Part shown: one piece after another, positions 20,170 through 28,087 of the stretch
Layout of the letters: each line of letters opens with the position of its first letter
How positions within the stretch are numbered: position 1 is the stretch's first letter
NCBI RefSeq assembly: GCF_009617975.1
Contig: NZ_CP040089.1
Span: 720,001-752,000, forward strand
Length of the DNA: 32,000 nt
DNA from: Candidatus Nanohalobium constans
GTDB lineage: Archaea; Nanohalarchaeota; Nanosalinia; Nanosalinales; Nanosalinaceae
Direction of reading: 5' to 3'
Notes under the pieces: generated by a model
What the model was told of the DNA's origin: nothing
Database searches by the model: none
The model's input: the letters and a program-made list of their open reading frames with translations, nothing else
Made by a program: the position numbers and the translations under genes

Positions 20170-20280
20170 AATTTTTCTTTACTCTATCCTTTCCTCATTT
20201 AAAGATTCTACAGGTCATTACTTTCTACGAGAGATGGTTCTTTAGAATCCATCCAAATCTGCTAACTGGATTTCCAGTTA

Positions 20281-20288
20281 TGCCGGAG
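20281..20288 (+). repeat. Upstream duplicate of the tRNA-Ser 5' end (TGCCGGAG)
   Basis: Identical 8-mer at 20281-20288 and 20337-20344. The latter is the last leader nucleotide plus the 5' acceptor strand. Confidence 0.6.
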
Positions 20289-20337
20289 GTCGAAAACTCA
20301 AAAGAGTTTTCTCGACCCACAGCAAATCGAGAGATTT

Positions 20338-20427
20338 GCCGGAGTGACAGAGTCTGGCTAATTGTGCCGGTCTTGAGAACCGGTGAGGCATACCCGCCTC
20401 TCCTGGGTTCAAATCCCAGCTCCGGCG
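20338..20427 (+). tRNA. tRNA-Ser (anticodon UGA), class II with a long variable arm; no encoded CCA, no intron
   Basis: Hand-folded as follows:
- acceptor GCCGGAG/CTCCGGC, plus discriminator G
- D arm ACAG/TTGT, with loop AGTCTGGCTAA
- anticodon arm CCGGT-CTTGAGA-ACCGG
- variable arm GAGGC-ATACCC-GCCTC
- T arm CTGGG-TTCAAAT-CCCAG
Total length 90 nt. Confidence 0.85.
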
Positions 20428-20564
20428 TTTCCCACTACTTTCTGAGCTGGGATTTTTCAAGTCTTGAAATTCTGAAAGAATTTCTGTTCCACAATTTGTA
20501 AGATCAAATTGTTTCAAGCAACTCTCAAAGTTGCGTCTAGAAAATCTTCTTGAGATTTTCGTAG

Positions 20565-20577
20565 CCAGCTCCGGCGT
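20565..20577 (+). repeat. Downstream duplicate of the tRNA-Ser 3' end (CCAGCTCCGGCGT)
   Basis: Identical 13-mer at 20416-20428 (T-stem 3' strand, acceptor 3' strand, discriminator and one more nt) and at 20565-20577. Confidence 0.7.
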
Positions 20578-20587
20578 CTTATTTGTT

Positions 20588-20947
20588 TTACCTGTTTTCT
20601 GATGCTGTAGCTATCAGTATATCTCTTTGTACGTGGTATTCTTCTCTGTAGATCATGGTTAGGTAGTTTACTATTCCGTAGATTATGAGTATTACTGTGA
20701 ATCCTAGGTAGGATGCTATCTGGTTGATTAGGGATAGGTTTAGGTTGAATGTGGCGGCTACGGAGGTTATTATGGAGGCGTAGAATAGTATTCTTATGAA
20801 CTGCTGGATCAGTTTGAAGTTTCTGTACTTCATCAGTGCTTTGTTGTACCGTTCAAACTGGTGATCCTCCAGCTTGTTTTCTAGGAAGTCTCTTATCTGT
20901 CCATCGGCTCTTCCAAGAGGGGTGAGTCGAAAGATTTTGTTTTTCAC
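20588..20947 (-). CDS. Hypothetical membrane protein (119 aa, two predicted TM helices)
   Basis: ORF track. Hydrophobic segments ILFYASIITSVAATF and IASYLGFTVILIIYGIVNYLTMI. Uses the A/C-ending codon style of the host core genes. Confidence 0.5.
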   Translation of the reverse strand: MKNKIFRLTPLGRADGQIRDFLENKLEDHQFERYNKALMKYRNFKLIQQFIRILFYASIITSVAATFNLNLSLINQIASYLGFTVILIIYGIVNYLTMIYREEYHVQRDILIATASENR

Positions 20948-21017
20948 ATTCAGTATTTGGATGCTGAGGGCTTAAGTATTTTCGAAGATTAAAAAAATCG
21001 AAGATTCAACTACTACT

Positions 21018-22154
21018 ATGGATATTAGTGCCGATAGAGTTTCATTTTTGATTGTTGCTGCGATTTTTGCTGGAGGAGCCCTTGGCTCAGGGCTTGTATA
21101 CACCCAGATGAGCAGCCAGTTAGACAGTTTAGAGGAAAATCTGGAGAATCAGAACGATGCGGATACACAGATTGTGTACGTAAATGGCAGCGACCAGAGC
21201 CTGGCACCTATATTCGAGAAAGCAGATCAATCAGTCGTGTATATTTCAGCACAAGGCGAAGAGTCTTCTCAAGGATCAGGCTTTGTCTACAGCCGCAGAG
21301 GACACATAATAACCAATGAACACGTAGTAGACGACGCAGATAATGTTGAAGTCAGCTTTACCGATGGAACAACCGGAGAAGCCACCATAGTAGGGACAGA
21401 CCCTTACAGCGATCTAGCAGTTCTGAAAGTTCAAAAAGATAATTTACAGCCATTAAAACTCGGTAATGTATCAGATGTCCGTGTAGGTCAGGAAGTAGTT
21501 GCGATCGGCAATCCTTTCGGACTAAGAGGTTCAATGACCTCAGGCATAATCTCTCAAAAAGGTAGAAGTCTACCAGTTCAACAGGTAGGGCTTGAAGGGT
21601 TTCGTATAAGAGATGTACTACAGACAGACGCATCGATCAATCCTGGAAACAGTGGAGGCCCACTACTCAACACAGAAGGAGAGGTCATAGGTGTAAACAC
21701 AGCTATAGAAACCAACACTGGAAGCTTCTCAGGGATAGGCTTCGCAGTACCTGCTAGCACTGTAAAAAGAGTAGCACCTGACATCATCAGCGATGGTGAT
21801 GCCGAACACCCATGGATAGGTGTTTCAGGCACCAACATGAACCGTGACCTAGCCAAAGAAATGGAGACAAACTCTACGAAAGGCTTCCTTGTAATGAACG
21901 TCTCTAAAGACAGTCCTGCCAGCAAAGCAGGGCTCCAAGGCGGGAAAGAGACAGTTCGGCTTGAAACAGGGACCTTTGTCGTAGGCGGGGATGTTGTTGT
22001 AGGTATCGACGGAGAGGAGATGCGTGACTTGGATGATATACTGAACTATCTGGCTCAGGATGCCGAAGTAGATGAAGAAGTTGAATTAACTATTATTCGA
22101 AACGGTGAACGGATGAATATTCCTCTAACTCTTGAGTCAAGACCTGAAGACTAA
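21018..22154 (+). CDS. htrA: HtrA/DegP-family serine protease (S1C) with an N-terminal TM anchor and a C-terminal PDZ domain
   Basis: 378 aa. Catalytic triad contexts ITNEHVV, SDLAVLKV, GNSGGPLL. Also GNPFGL and TSGIIS. The C-terminal region is PDZ-like. Confidence 0.9.
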   Translation: MDISADRVSFLIVAAIFAGGALGSGLVYTQMSSQLDSLEENLENQNDADTQIVYVNGSDQSLAPIFEKADQSVVYISAQGEESSQGSGFVYSRRGHIITNEHVVDDADNVEVSFTDGTTGEATIVGTDPYSDLAVLKVQKDNLQPLKLGNVSDVRVGQEVVAIGNPFGLRGSMTSGIISQKGRSLPVQQVGLEGFRIRDVLQTDASINPGNSGGPLLNTEGEVIGVNTAIETNTGSFSGIGFAVPASTVKRVAPDIISDGDAEHPWIGVSGTNMNRDLAKEMETNSTKGFLVMNVSKDSPASKAGLQGGKETVRLETGTFVVGGDVVVGIDGEEMRDLDDILNYLAQDAEVDEEVELTIIRNGERMNIPLTLESRPED

Positions 22155-22156
22155 TT

Positions 22157-23143
22157 TTATGGCTTGAATCTTAGTAAAGCGGCTATGCCTCCAAAGTTTT
22201 CCAGTCTTTCCCCTGCTTCATGGTCTGTATGGACTACCTGCACTTGTCCACCTTGCTGCTCTACTTTTTCCACCAGTTTTTTGTCCTCCCTCTTCTTTTT
22301 AGGCGTAACCAGTAGTTCTTCGACAGCACCCATCTCAACCAAGTCCTCGACAGGCTCTCCATAAGAGGCTAGCCCATCCTTCCTCAGCTCTTCCAAGAAT
22401 TCTTCCATTATGGCGGATTCATCTGAGATACGGGAGTCTTTAACAACCTTATCTAAAGCCCCACGCTTAATTGCTTCGTGAAGCCCTGTCTTTCCTGTTA
22501 CCGATGTATCCTGCATCATGATTTTTTCACTGACTTGATCATTCAGCATGTTTTCCAGACGGTCTTTAGAAAATCCTGGACCCGCTAGTACTATTTTGTC
22601 AACTTTCTCGGCTGTTCTCTCGATATATTTTTTGGCTTCTTGGAAGAAGGATGCTCCGCTGTCTTGGTCATCGTAGAGTTTTCCTGGGATGTTTTGATCC
22701 ATCTTGGATAGGTCTTTGATTCCTGATTCTTCCACTATGTAGAAGTCGGCTTCTCCTTTCTGTACCAGGCAGAACAGTACTGTGTAAGGTTCTTTCTGCT
22801 CAGCTTCCAGAAGGTTTTCCCATTCTTCGTCGGTGAAGTTTTTGTACAGTTTGAATCTTTTTCCCGGTTCGATGTTGAATGTGTGGTATCCTAGTTCGAT
22901 GTCTTCTGCTCCTTCTGAGATCTCTCCAGTAACTCTCAACCTGTCCTCTTGGTACTCCAGTTTCTCTACCTTCAGTGTGAGGGTGCAGGTCTTCTTCTCT
23001 CTGCCGTCGAGCTTGGTTCTCTGCGTCTTCATCCTGACACTGTCACCTTCCTGGACTATCTCCTTCAGGAACCAGAGATCATCCTGATTCTCAACCTCAA
23101 CCTGGGCAAATCCTTCCTCTCTATCTTTTTTGAGTAGCTTCAT
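22157..23143 (-). CDS. pelA: Pelota/Dom34 (no-go and non-stop mRNA decay factor)
   Basis: eRF1-like three-domain protein. From the ATG at 23143: MKLLKKDREEGFAQVEVENQDDLWFLKEIVQEGDSV. The ORF-track start at 23176 adds 11 non-conserved residues and would overlap the shared TATA element. Confidence 0.85.
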   Translation of the reverse strand: MKLLKKDREEGFAQVEVENQDDLWFLKEIVQEGDSVRMKTQRTKLDGREKKTCTLTLKVEKLEYQEDRLRVTGEISEGAEDIELGYHTFNIEPGKRFKLYKNFTDEEWENLLEAEQKEPYTVLFCLVQKGEADFYIVEESGIKDLSKMDQNIPGKLYDDQDSGASFFQEAKKYIERTAEKVDKIVLAGPGFSKDRLENMLNDQVSEKIMMQDTSVTGKTGLHEAIKRGALDKVVKDSRISDESAIMEEFLEELRKDGLASYGEPVEDLVEMGAVEELLVTPKKKREDKKLVEKVEQQGGQVQVVHTDHEAGERLENFGGIAALLRFKP

Positions 23144-23162
23144 ACACTTGGAATTGGACGGG

Positions 23163-23173
23163 TAAAATAAAAA
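23163..23173. promoter_or_regulatory. Shared AT-rich TATA-like element between the divergent pelota and surface-cluster genes
   Basis: taaaataaaaa lies about 25 nt from the pelota ATG (23143, minus strand) and about 27 nt from the 23195 ATG (plus strand). Confidence 0.4.
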
Positions 23174-23194
23174 CATGGACGGGAAAAACCGGTT

Positions 23195-24334
23195 ATGGAC
23201 GACGGTTTTCCGATTGTAGTGGTTCTAGGACTGGCAGTTTTCGGAATGATATGGGTTGGCACAGAGGCAGGAGACGGATTTAACCTAGGCGGAAGCGACG
23301 CCGAAAGCATGATACTACTGTCCGAAAACCCGGGCACAATAGGCCAGTCTAATGAGGACTTCAGAACCACCAAGTTCGGAAGCTTCACGGTAGGAGAGGC
23401 ACGAGGAAATGTCCAGGCATACACCGCAGAAGATTTCAGGCTTTCAAACGGCTTATTCAGCGGAGACAAAATCACCGTCAACTACGATGCAACACAGCCC
23501 GGTCAAGGACAGGTAAGCTTCGAAGTACTCGGAAGAGAAGCCAAAGGAGAGATATTCGTAAAAGTAAACGGCAACCAGGTTTTCAGCGCCGCAACAGTTT
23601 CAGGAGCAACACCGGAAATCAATATATCAAAAAGACACTTCAAAAACGGGGAGAACAAGGTCGTGATCGGAACCACCCAACCAAACCCACTGAAGAAAGC
23701 AGTTTACAGCATCGAAGATATCGAAGTCACAGTAGAGGACAGAAAATTCCATGACTACACAGGATACTTCCAAATGTACCAACACGAACTAGACAGTTTC
23801 AGACCCAGCAACCTCACATTCCAAGTACCACTAGACCAATCAGTACCGCAAAAACCACTCGAAATACAGATCAACAACCAAGAAATATTCAATCAGAAGC
23901 TAGGAAGATCAACACAACAAGTCACAGTCACACCACAAAACGCCGACCTCTCAACAGGATACAACACCATAAAATTCTCCACAGACGGAGAATCATACTA
24001 CAGAATCCAAAACGCAGAACTCCAGACACGATACTCAGTAAACGTAAAACCAGCACAGACAAACTTCGAATTCAACCTAGACGAAGAAACACTAAACTAC
24101 GCACAAAGAGACAACACCAAAGAAGAGCTTAGATTCCAATACCAAAAAACAACAACCGCAGAACCAATACAACTCCAAATAAACAACCAATACCAACAAA
24201 TAAAACCAGAAAACGGATTTAATACAGTAGAAATAAACAGCGACGCACTACAAAGAGAAAACACTTTAACACTAAACAGCAACCAGACATTCACAGTAGA
24301 TGATATGCAAATAATCTCAGAAAAAGAAGAATAA
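23195..24334 (+). CDS. N-terminally TM-anchored extracellular protein with three internal repeats (hypothetical)
   Basis: 379 aa. N-terminal hydrophobic helix FPIVVVLGLAVFGMIWVG. Three modules match the pattern xIxVxxNxxxxF/I...G(x)N(T)xxF/I...xIxxxxL: GEIFVKVNGNQVF..., PLEIQINNQEIFNQ..., PIQLQINNQYQQI.... Confidence 0.6.
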   Translation: MDDGFPIVVVLGLAVFGMIWVGTEAGDGFNLGGSDAESMILLSENPGTIGQSNEDFRTTKFGSFTVGEARGNVQAYTAEDFRLSNGLFSGDKITVNYDATQPGQGQVSFEVLGREAKGEIFVKVNGNQVFSAATVSGATPEINISKRHFKNGENKVVIGTTQPNPLKKAVYSIEDIEVTVEDRKFHDYTGYFQMYQHELDSFRPSNLTFQVPLDQSVPQKPLEIQINNQEIFNQKLGRSTQQVTVTPQNADLSTGYNTIKFSTDGESYYRIQNAELQTRYSVNVKPAQTNFEFNLDEETLNYAQRDNTKEELRFQYQKTTTAEPIQLQINNQYQQIKPENGFNTVEINSDALQRENTLTLNSNQTFTVDDMQIISEKEE

Positions 24335-24365
24335 ACCACTCAATCATGCCTGCTGATGACTTCAA

Positions 24366-26621
24366 ATGAGAAACAGAAGACAACGACCACCTAACAGCGA
24401 AAACAAAGAAAGCCTATATCAACGGCTTACTGAAAACACACTATTTCTAATATTTATTTCTTTTACCCCCCTCAATATAGAAGTAGGAGACGCTCTCATA
24501 TATTTCAAGAGAATTTTCCTAGGTCCAAACCGGCTTAATAACGTAAAAAACTTTATAATAAATCTAACGTGGTTTATAGACGACATTATAGCCATTTTTG
24601 GAACTGGCGGCGCAGGTTTATTTATCCCAAGCATAGATAAAGAAGTTCTAAAACTGGCAAAGAAATACTTGCCAAAATCAATAGTGAATAAAGCCGGAAA
24701 ACTGGACTCAATGCTACCGGATGTAATCAAAGAAAAAGCAAAGGAACAAGCAAAAGAGGAAGCACAGAATAAATTCCAGCATAACGGACAAACAGTTGTG
24801 CCAGACGGTGGAGAACAATACCCGGAAAGTAATGTTAGAAGGAGAAATGAGTTAAGGTATGATGATGAGCGTCACAGTGTTGAATGGTTGAGATCCATTT
24901 TTTCTACAGGTTATAGGTTAGCATCGAAAGCTATTATCCCTGTATTGATCCTAGGTTTGATTGGTGGAGGAATCTTGATGTTTAGTGGTGGAGGCGGTTA
25001 TATGGGTCTTCTTGGTGATATGTTTGGTAGTGAGACTAGTCAGGCGGGCAATGCTTTTTCTGATTTTGGTGAGGTTATTGGTTTTCAGGCAGGTAAGTTT
25101 GGTAAGACGTTGAGTTGTTTTGGTGATGCGGGTTGTATCAAGGAGTGGGAGTTGAATAATACTCAGGAGCCTGGGTCTAATGATGTAGGTGAGACGTATG
25201 AGTTGAGGGTTGATGGTTTCAATGTTTTCGGTGCTGATCAAAGTTTTGATGTTGCTTACCAGGCTCCCGGGACAGGGATACCGATTTCTTTCTTGTTGAA
25301 GAATACTAGGCATCAGTTGAAGGGTATTGATGCTAGGAATGTTTCTTACCGTTTGCGTATTACTGAGACCAAGTTTGCCAGTGGAAGTGATGATCAGTGT
25401 AGTAGTGGGTGGATTTCTCTGCAGAAATACGGTCAGGATGTGGATGGTCTTGGAGAAGGTAACGCTAACAACTTGCTTTTGCCTGGTGAGAGTGCTGAGC
25501 CATTGAACTGGCAGGAGGAGGACATGAGTCTGGCGGACTGTGGTCTGCTTCAGCCTGGTCCAAGTAACAGTTTTGATGCTTTGCTGCAGGTAAAGTACAA
25601 TTACAGTTCTCATTCGATCCTTCAGATTGATGCTATGAGCAACAGGCACAGGAATGAGGAGAACATAGAGAGGGATAGGAAGAACTCTGATGCAGTGGAT
25701 ACTCCTGTCCAGTCATATATTGCTACTCGGAACCCTATGACATTTAGCGAAGTAAACGGCGATAGGATTGATAGACCTCAACAGTTTGAAGTAGGAATCA
25801 GCACTGACGAAAATGATGTATCGTACAAGGTAGATGCTGAAAGCTTTGAGTTCAAAGACTCATCCCTGACCGACCACGTGGAATCAGAGTGTTCAGGACT
25901 TGTTAAGGCTGATGAGGGCGGTGAGAACATGTTTGAGCTTAATAAATCAGTGAAAGAAGATATCGGTGACAGGCAGGAAGACAGTTGGTTCGATAAGAGG
26001 AGTAGCGCCGTAAAAGCGTTTTGCAACTTCGAATTTAATGACCCTGAGGAAATAAGCGCCACCGGCGAGACCTTGACATTTACAGCTGAAGCAGACTACC
26101 AATTGAAGCTTTCAGAGCACAGAACCAGTTTCAAAGTTAGAAACACTAGATGTACTACAGAGAACTGTCCAATGCTCAAACCTGTCAGCGAGAACCTGGA
26201 TACTATAGTGCAGACAGACTTAGATGACCAAGACATCAACCGTAGCAGCGAAGATTACAGAGACAAACAGTATGCTATCTGCGGGAGACCTCAAGATGAT
26301 GAAGACGGATGTTCCGTGCTAAAAAACGGGTTCAAAGATAGAAGCAGCTTGGTAGAAGAAAATAGAGAGGAAGAAAGTAGAGAAAATGGTGCAGACTTAG
26401 TGGTTGAAGAAGGAAATATTGCGGTTAAGACATCCGCAATCGATGATTCAAAGGCATTTACCTGCGACGCCAAACAGAAGAGCTTCAATAACTCTGTGGT
26501 GCAGTTTGAACCAGATGAACTAATAGATGCTATTGATGAAGTAGGGAACAAAGCTTTGAACTACAGCAGAGGAGACTGGGATATGGTTGATTTAGAGAAA
26601 CCTGGCATAACCTGCAAATAA
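24366..26621 (+). CDS. Large membrane-associated, Cys-rich extracellular protein (hypothetical, 751 aa)
   Basis: Long uninterrupted ORF. Hydrophobic segments near the N-terminus and at AIIPVLILGLIGGGILMF, followed by an acidic ectodomain with repeated Cys pairs: CFGDAGC, RCTTENCP, ICGRPQDDEDGC. Contains beta-strand-like YxY motifs also seen in the downstream lipoproteins. Confidence 0.6.
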   Translation: MRNRRQRPPNSENKESLYQRLTENTLFLIFISFTPLNIEVGDALIYFKRIFLGPNRLNNVKNFIINLTWFIDDIIAIFGTGGAGLFIPSIDKEVLKLAKKYLPKSIVNKAGKLDSMLPDVIKEKAKEQAKEEAQNKFQHNGQTVVPDGGEQYPESNVRRRNELRYDDERHSVEWLRSIFSTGYRLASKAIIPVLILGLIGGGILMFSGGGGYMGLLGDMFGSETSQAGNAFSDFGEVIGFQAGKFGKTLSCFGDAGCIKEWELNNTQEPGSNDVGETYELRVDGFNVFGADQSFDVAYQAPGTGIPISFLLKNTRHQLKGIDARNVSYRLRITETKFASGSDDQCSSGWISLQKYGQDVDGLGEGNANNLLLPGESAEPLNWQEEDMSLADCGLLQPGPSNSFDALLQVKYNYSSHSILQIDAMSNRHRNEENIERDRKNSDAVDTPVQSYIATRNPMTFSEVNGDRIDRPQQFEVGISTDENDVSYKVDAESFEFKDSSLTDHVESECSGLVKADEGGENMFELNKSVKEDIGDRQEDSWFDKRSSAVKAFCNFEFNDPEEISATGETLTFTAEADYQLKLSEHRTSFKVRNTRCTTENCPMLKPVSENLDTIVQTDLDDQDINRSSEDYRDKQYAICGRPQDDEDGCSVLKNGFKDRSSLVEENREEESRENGADLVVEEGNIAVKTSAIDDSKAFTCDAKQKSFNNSVVQFEPDELIDAIDEVGNKALNYSRGDWDMVDLEKPGITCK

Positions 26622-26628
26622 CAAACTT

Positions 26629-27213
26629 TTAGAGCAGCAGGAGAGTGAAGTTTCTTAATGCCATAGAACCACCTAGGACAAAAACCAGTTTGAATAGTAT
26701 GTCTGCCTCAACCCTGCCAAAGTTTTTATCAGCCCATATCAACGGCAAGAAAACCAGCAAAGCCTTAGGAATAATCAAACCAGGAACCATTCCAAACTGG
26801 CTCATCAAATAGGCTACGAACGGATTGGCTTCACGTAGAGAACCGTGTGAAAAAGTAGAGACAATATCCATGACGTGTGAAAAAAGCGCGGCAGCAAAAA
26901 GTTTTCTCTCAAAAAAATTGATTGGGACGAACAGAAAGGCAAAAACGAAAACAGATGCAAGGAACTCAGGGACAAAACCTGAGGAAGCAACAAACAAACA
27001 TATTGCCAGTAAAAATGTTTCATCCAGACCAAAATTTTGGTTTAAACTGTGGATAGCTGCTGCAACAGCCGATAAGAGAAGACCTGTTAAACCAAACTGG
27101 ATTACCGAGTGTAGAAAACCGAGCTGGAGGGAGACTGCGGCAGCCAATCCAGAATACAGGAATAGCCGTAGAAGAGTCTGATTTCTCAGAAATCTTTTAA
27201 TCCAAGCCTCCAT
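26629..27213 (-). CDS. Polytopic membrane protein, DUF5658-like C-terminal region
   Basis: I prefer the start at M34 of the ORF-track frame (ATG at 27213), which avoids overlap with the divergent gene. The HVMDIVSTFSHGSLREANPF...GLIIPKAL pattern resembles DUF5658 (D..T....g..E.NP....K). Confidence 0.5.
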   Translation of the reverse strand: MEAWIKRFLRNQTLLRLFLYSGLAAAVSLQLGFLHSVIQFGLTGLLLSAVAAAIHSLNQNFGLDETFLLAICLFVASSGFVPEFLASVFVFAFLFVPINFFERKLFAAALFSHVMDIVSTFSHGSLREANPFVAYLMSQFGMVPGLIIPKALLVFLPLIWADKNFGRVEADILFKLVFVLGGSMALRNFTLLLL

Positions 27214-27223
27214 AACCTTAGGT

Positions 27224-28087
27224 ATGGATAGCAAAGTAATAATATTGATTGCGTTAGCCAGCATAGCAAGCGGATGTGCTGACACAGGAGGCGGAACAGG
27301 TATTTCAATCAAAGAGCTTAACGTGGAGCCAAGTCAAATCAGCGCTGACTCCACCGCAGTAGTCAACTTCGAAGCAGTGAACAACGGAAACCTGGCTGGA
27401 GAAGTCAATACCGGTTCCAACGGCACGGAAATAATGACAAACTACTGTTCTGACATATTCAAAATAGAAGATTTCAGATCCTCCGCAACAAAACCAAGCA
27501 GTAACGAAAACCAGTACAAGTTAGAGACAGGTGACAGGCTTAGACTAACCTGGATGCTAGACCAAAACAAACCTGGAGAAATACCTTTACAGGGCTATCC
27601 ATGCGACCTCAAGTTCCAGTTACCGTTCAACTACTCAGTAAAGGCATACAAACAGATACAGGTCAAGCAGGACAGAGAAGCAGATGGCAGCCCTAACCTA
27701 GGAAGCGATATTTCAGAAGGTCCTCTAAGCATAGACATGGAAGTCATTGGAAGCACGTCAAACCAGAGAGACACAGTACTGAAGCGGGACAATGCCTCAA
27801 TCTACCTTACCGCACACAACACTGACGACGAAGACAGCAGCTTCAGAGGACTAATCAAGATACAGAACATCAGTATAAGCTCCAGCGGCAAAATCCAGGT
27901 AAACAAGGACTGCGGTGAAAAAGGAAGCGTAGACCTAGCATCAGGAAAAGAGAAAATATACAGATGCCAGATAAAACATGATGAATTCGATACACCAAGC
28001 ATTAGAGGAGAAGTCGAAGCAGAGATCAACTACACTTTTGTGAAAGACCTAGGCTCAAAATCAATCCAGGTGAAATACAATGGATAA
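27224..28087 (+). CDS. Lipobox surface protein paralogue 1 (287 aa)
   Basis: Signal peptide ending LASIASGC, then a G/T-rich tether, then the CARDB-like segment ISIKELNVEPSQISADSTAVVNFEAVNNGNLAGEV. Overlaps the next gene by 8 nt. Confidence 0.7.
   Translation: MDSKVIILIALASIASGCADTGGGTGISIKELNVEPSQISADSTAVVNFEAVNNGNLAGEVNTGSNGTEIMTNYCSDIFKIEDFRSSATKPSSNENQYKLETGDRLRLTWMLDQNKPGEIPLQGYPCDLKFQLPFNYSVKAYKQIQVKQDREADGSPNLGSDISEGPLSIDMEVIGSTSNQRDTVLKRDNASIYLTAHNTDDEDSSFRGLIKIQNISISSSGKIQVNKDCGEKGSVDLASGKEKIYRCQIKHDEFDTPSIRGEVEAEINYTFVKDLGSKSIQVKYNG

Noticed and set aside
20278-20517. 79-aa minus-strand and 73-aa plus-strand ORFs
   Set aside because: Both run through the tRNA-Ser gene and the hairpin array. 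The region is better explained as RNA-coding or structured spacer.
20536-20577. Possible second tRNA or tRNA half (AAATC-TTCTTGA-GATTT would be a CUU anticodon arm, followed by ...CTCCGGCG)
   Set aside because: No D arm or T arm can be formed, and the segment between the stem and the acceptor-like end is too short. I treat it as a hairpin plus a duplicated tRNA 3' end.
23144-23176. Longer pelota start (ORF-track Met at 23176)
   Set aside because: It adds MFLFYPSNSKC, which is not Pelota-like, and it would cover the shared TATA element. The ATG at 23143 begins with the conserved MKLL...DLW N-terminus.
24951-25649. 232-aa minus-strand ORF, the longest antisense ORF in the window
   Set aside because: It coincides exactly with the G/T-dialect block of the 751-aa gene. 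Its product is basic, Thr/Leu/Lys-rich and almost devoid of D/E, unlike every credible protein here. The sense ORF is continuous and has TM and Cys-pair features.
26825-27181. 118-aa plus-strand ORF opposite the DUF5658-like gene
   Set aside because: A Lys/Arg-rich low-complexity product. The minus-strand frame encodes a coherent polytopic membrane protein.
27214-27312. Longer start for the DUF5658-like gene (ORF-track Met at 27312)
   Set aside because: It would overlap the lipoprotein gene head-to-head by 89 nt. The extension (MIEIPVPPPVSAHPL...) looks like antisense translation of the signal-peptide region. Retained as an alternative in the findings.
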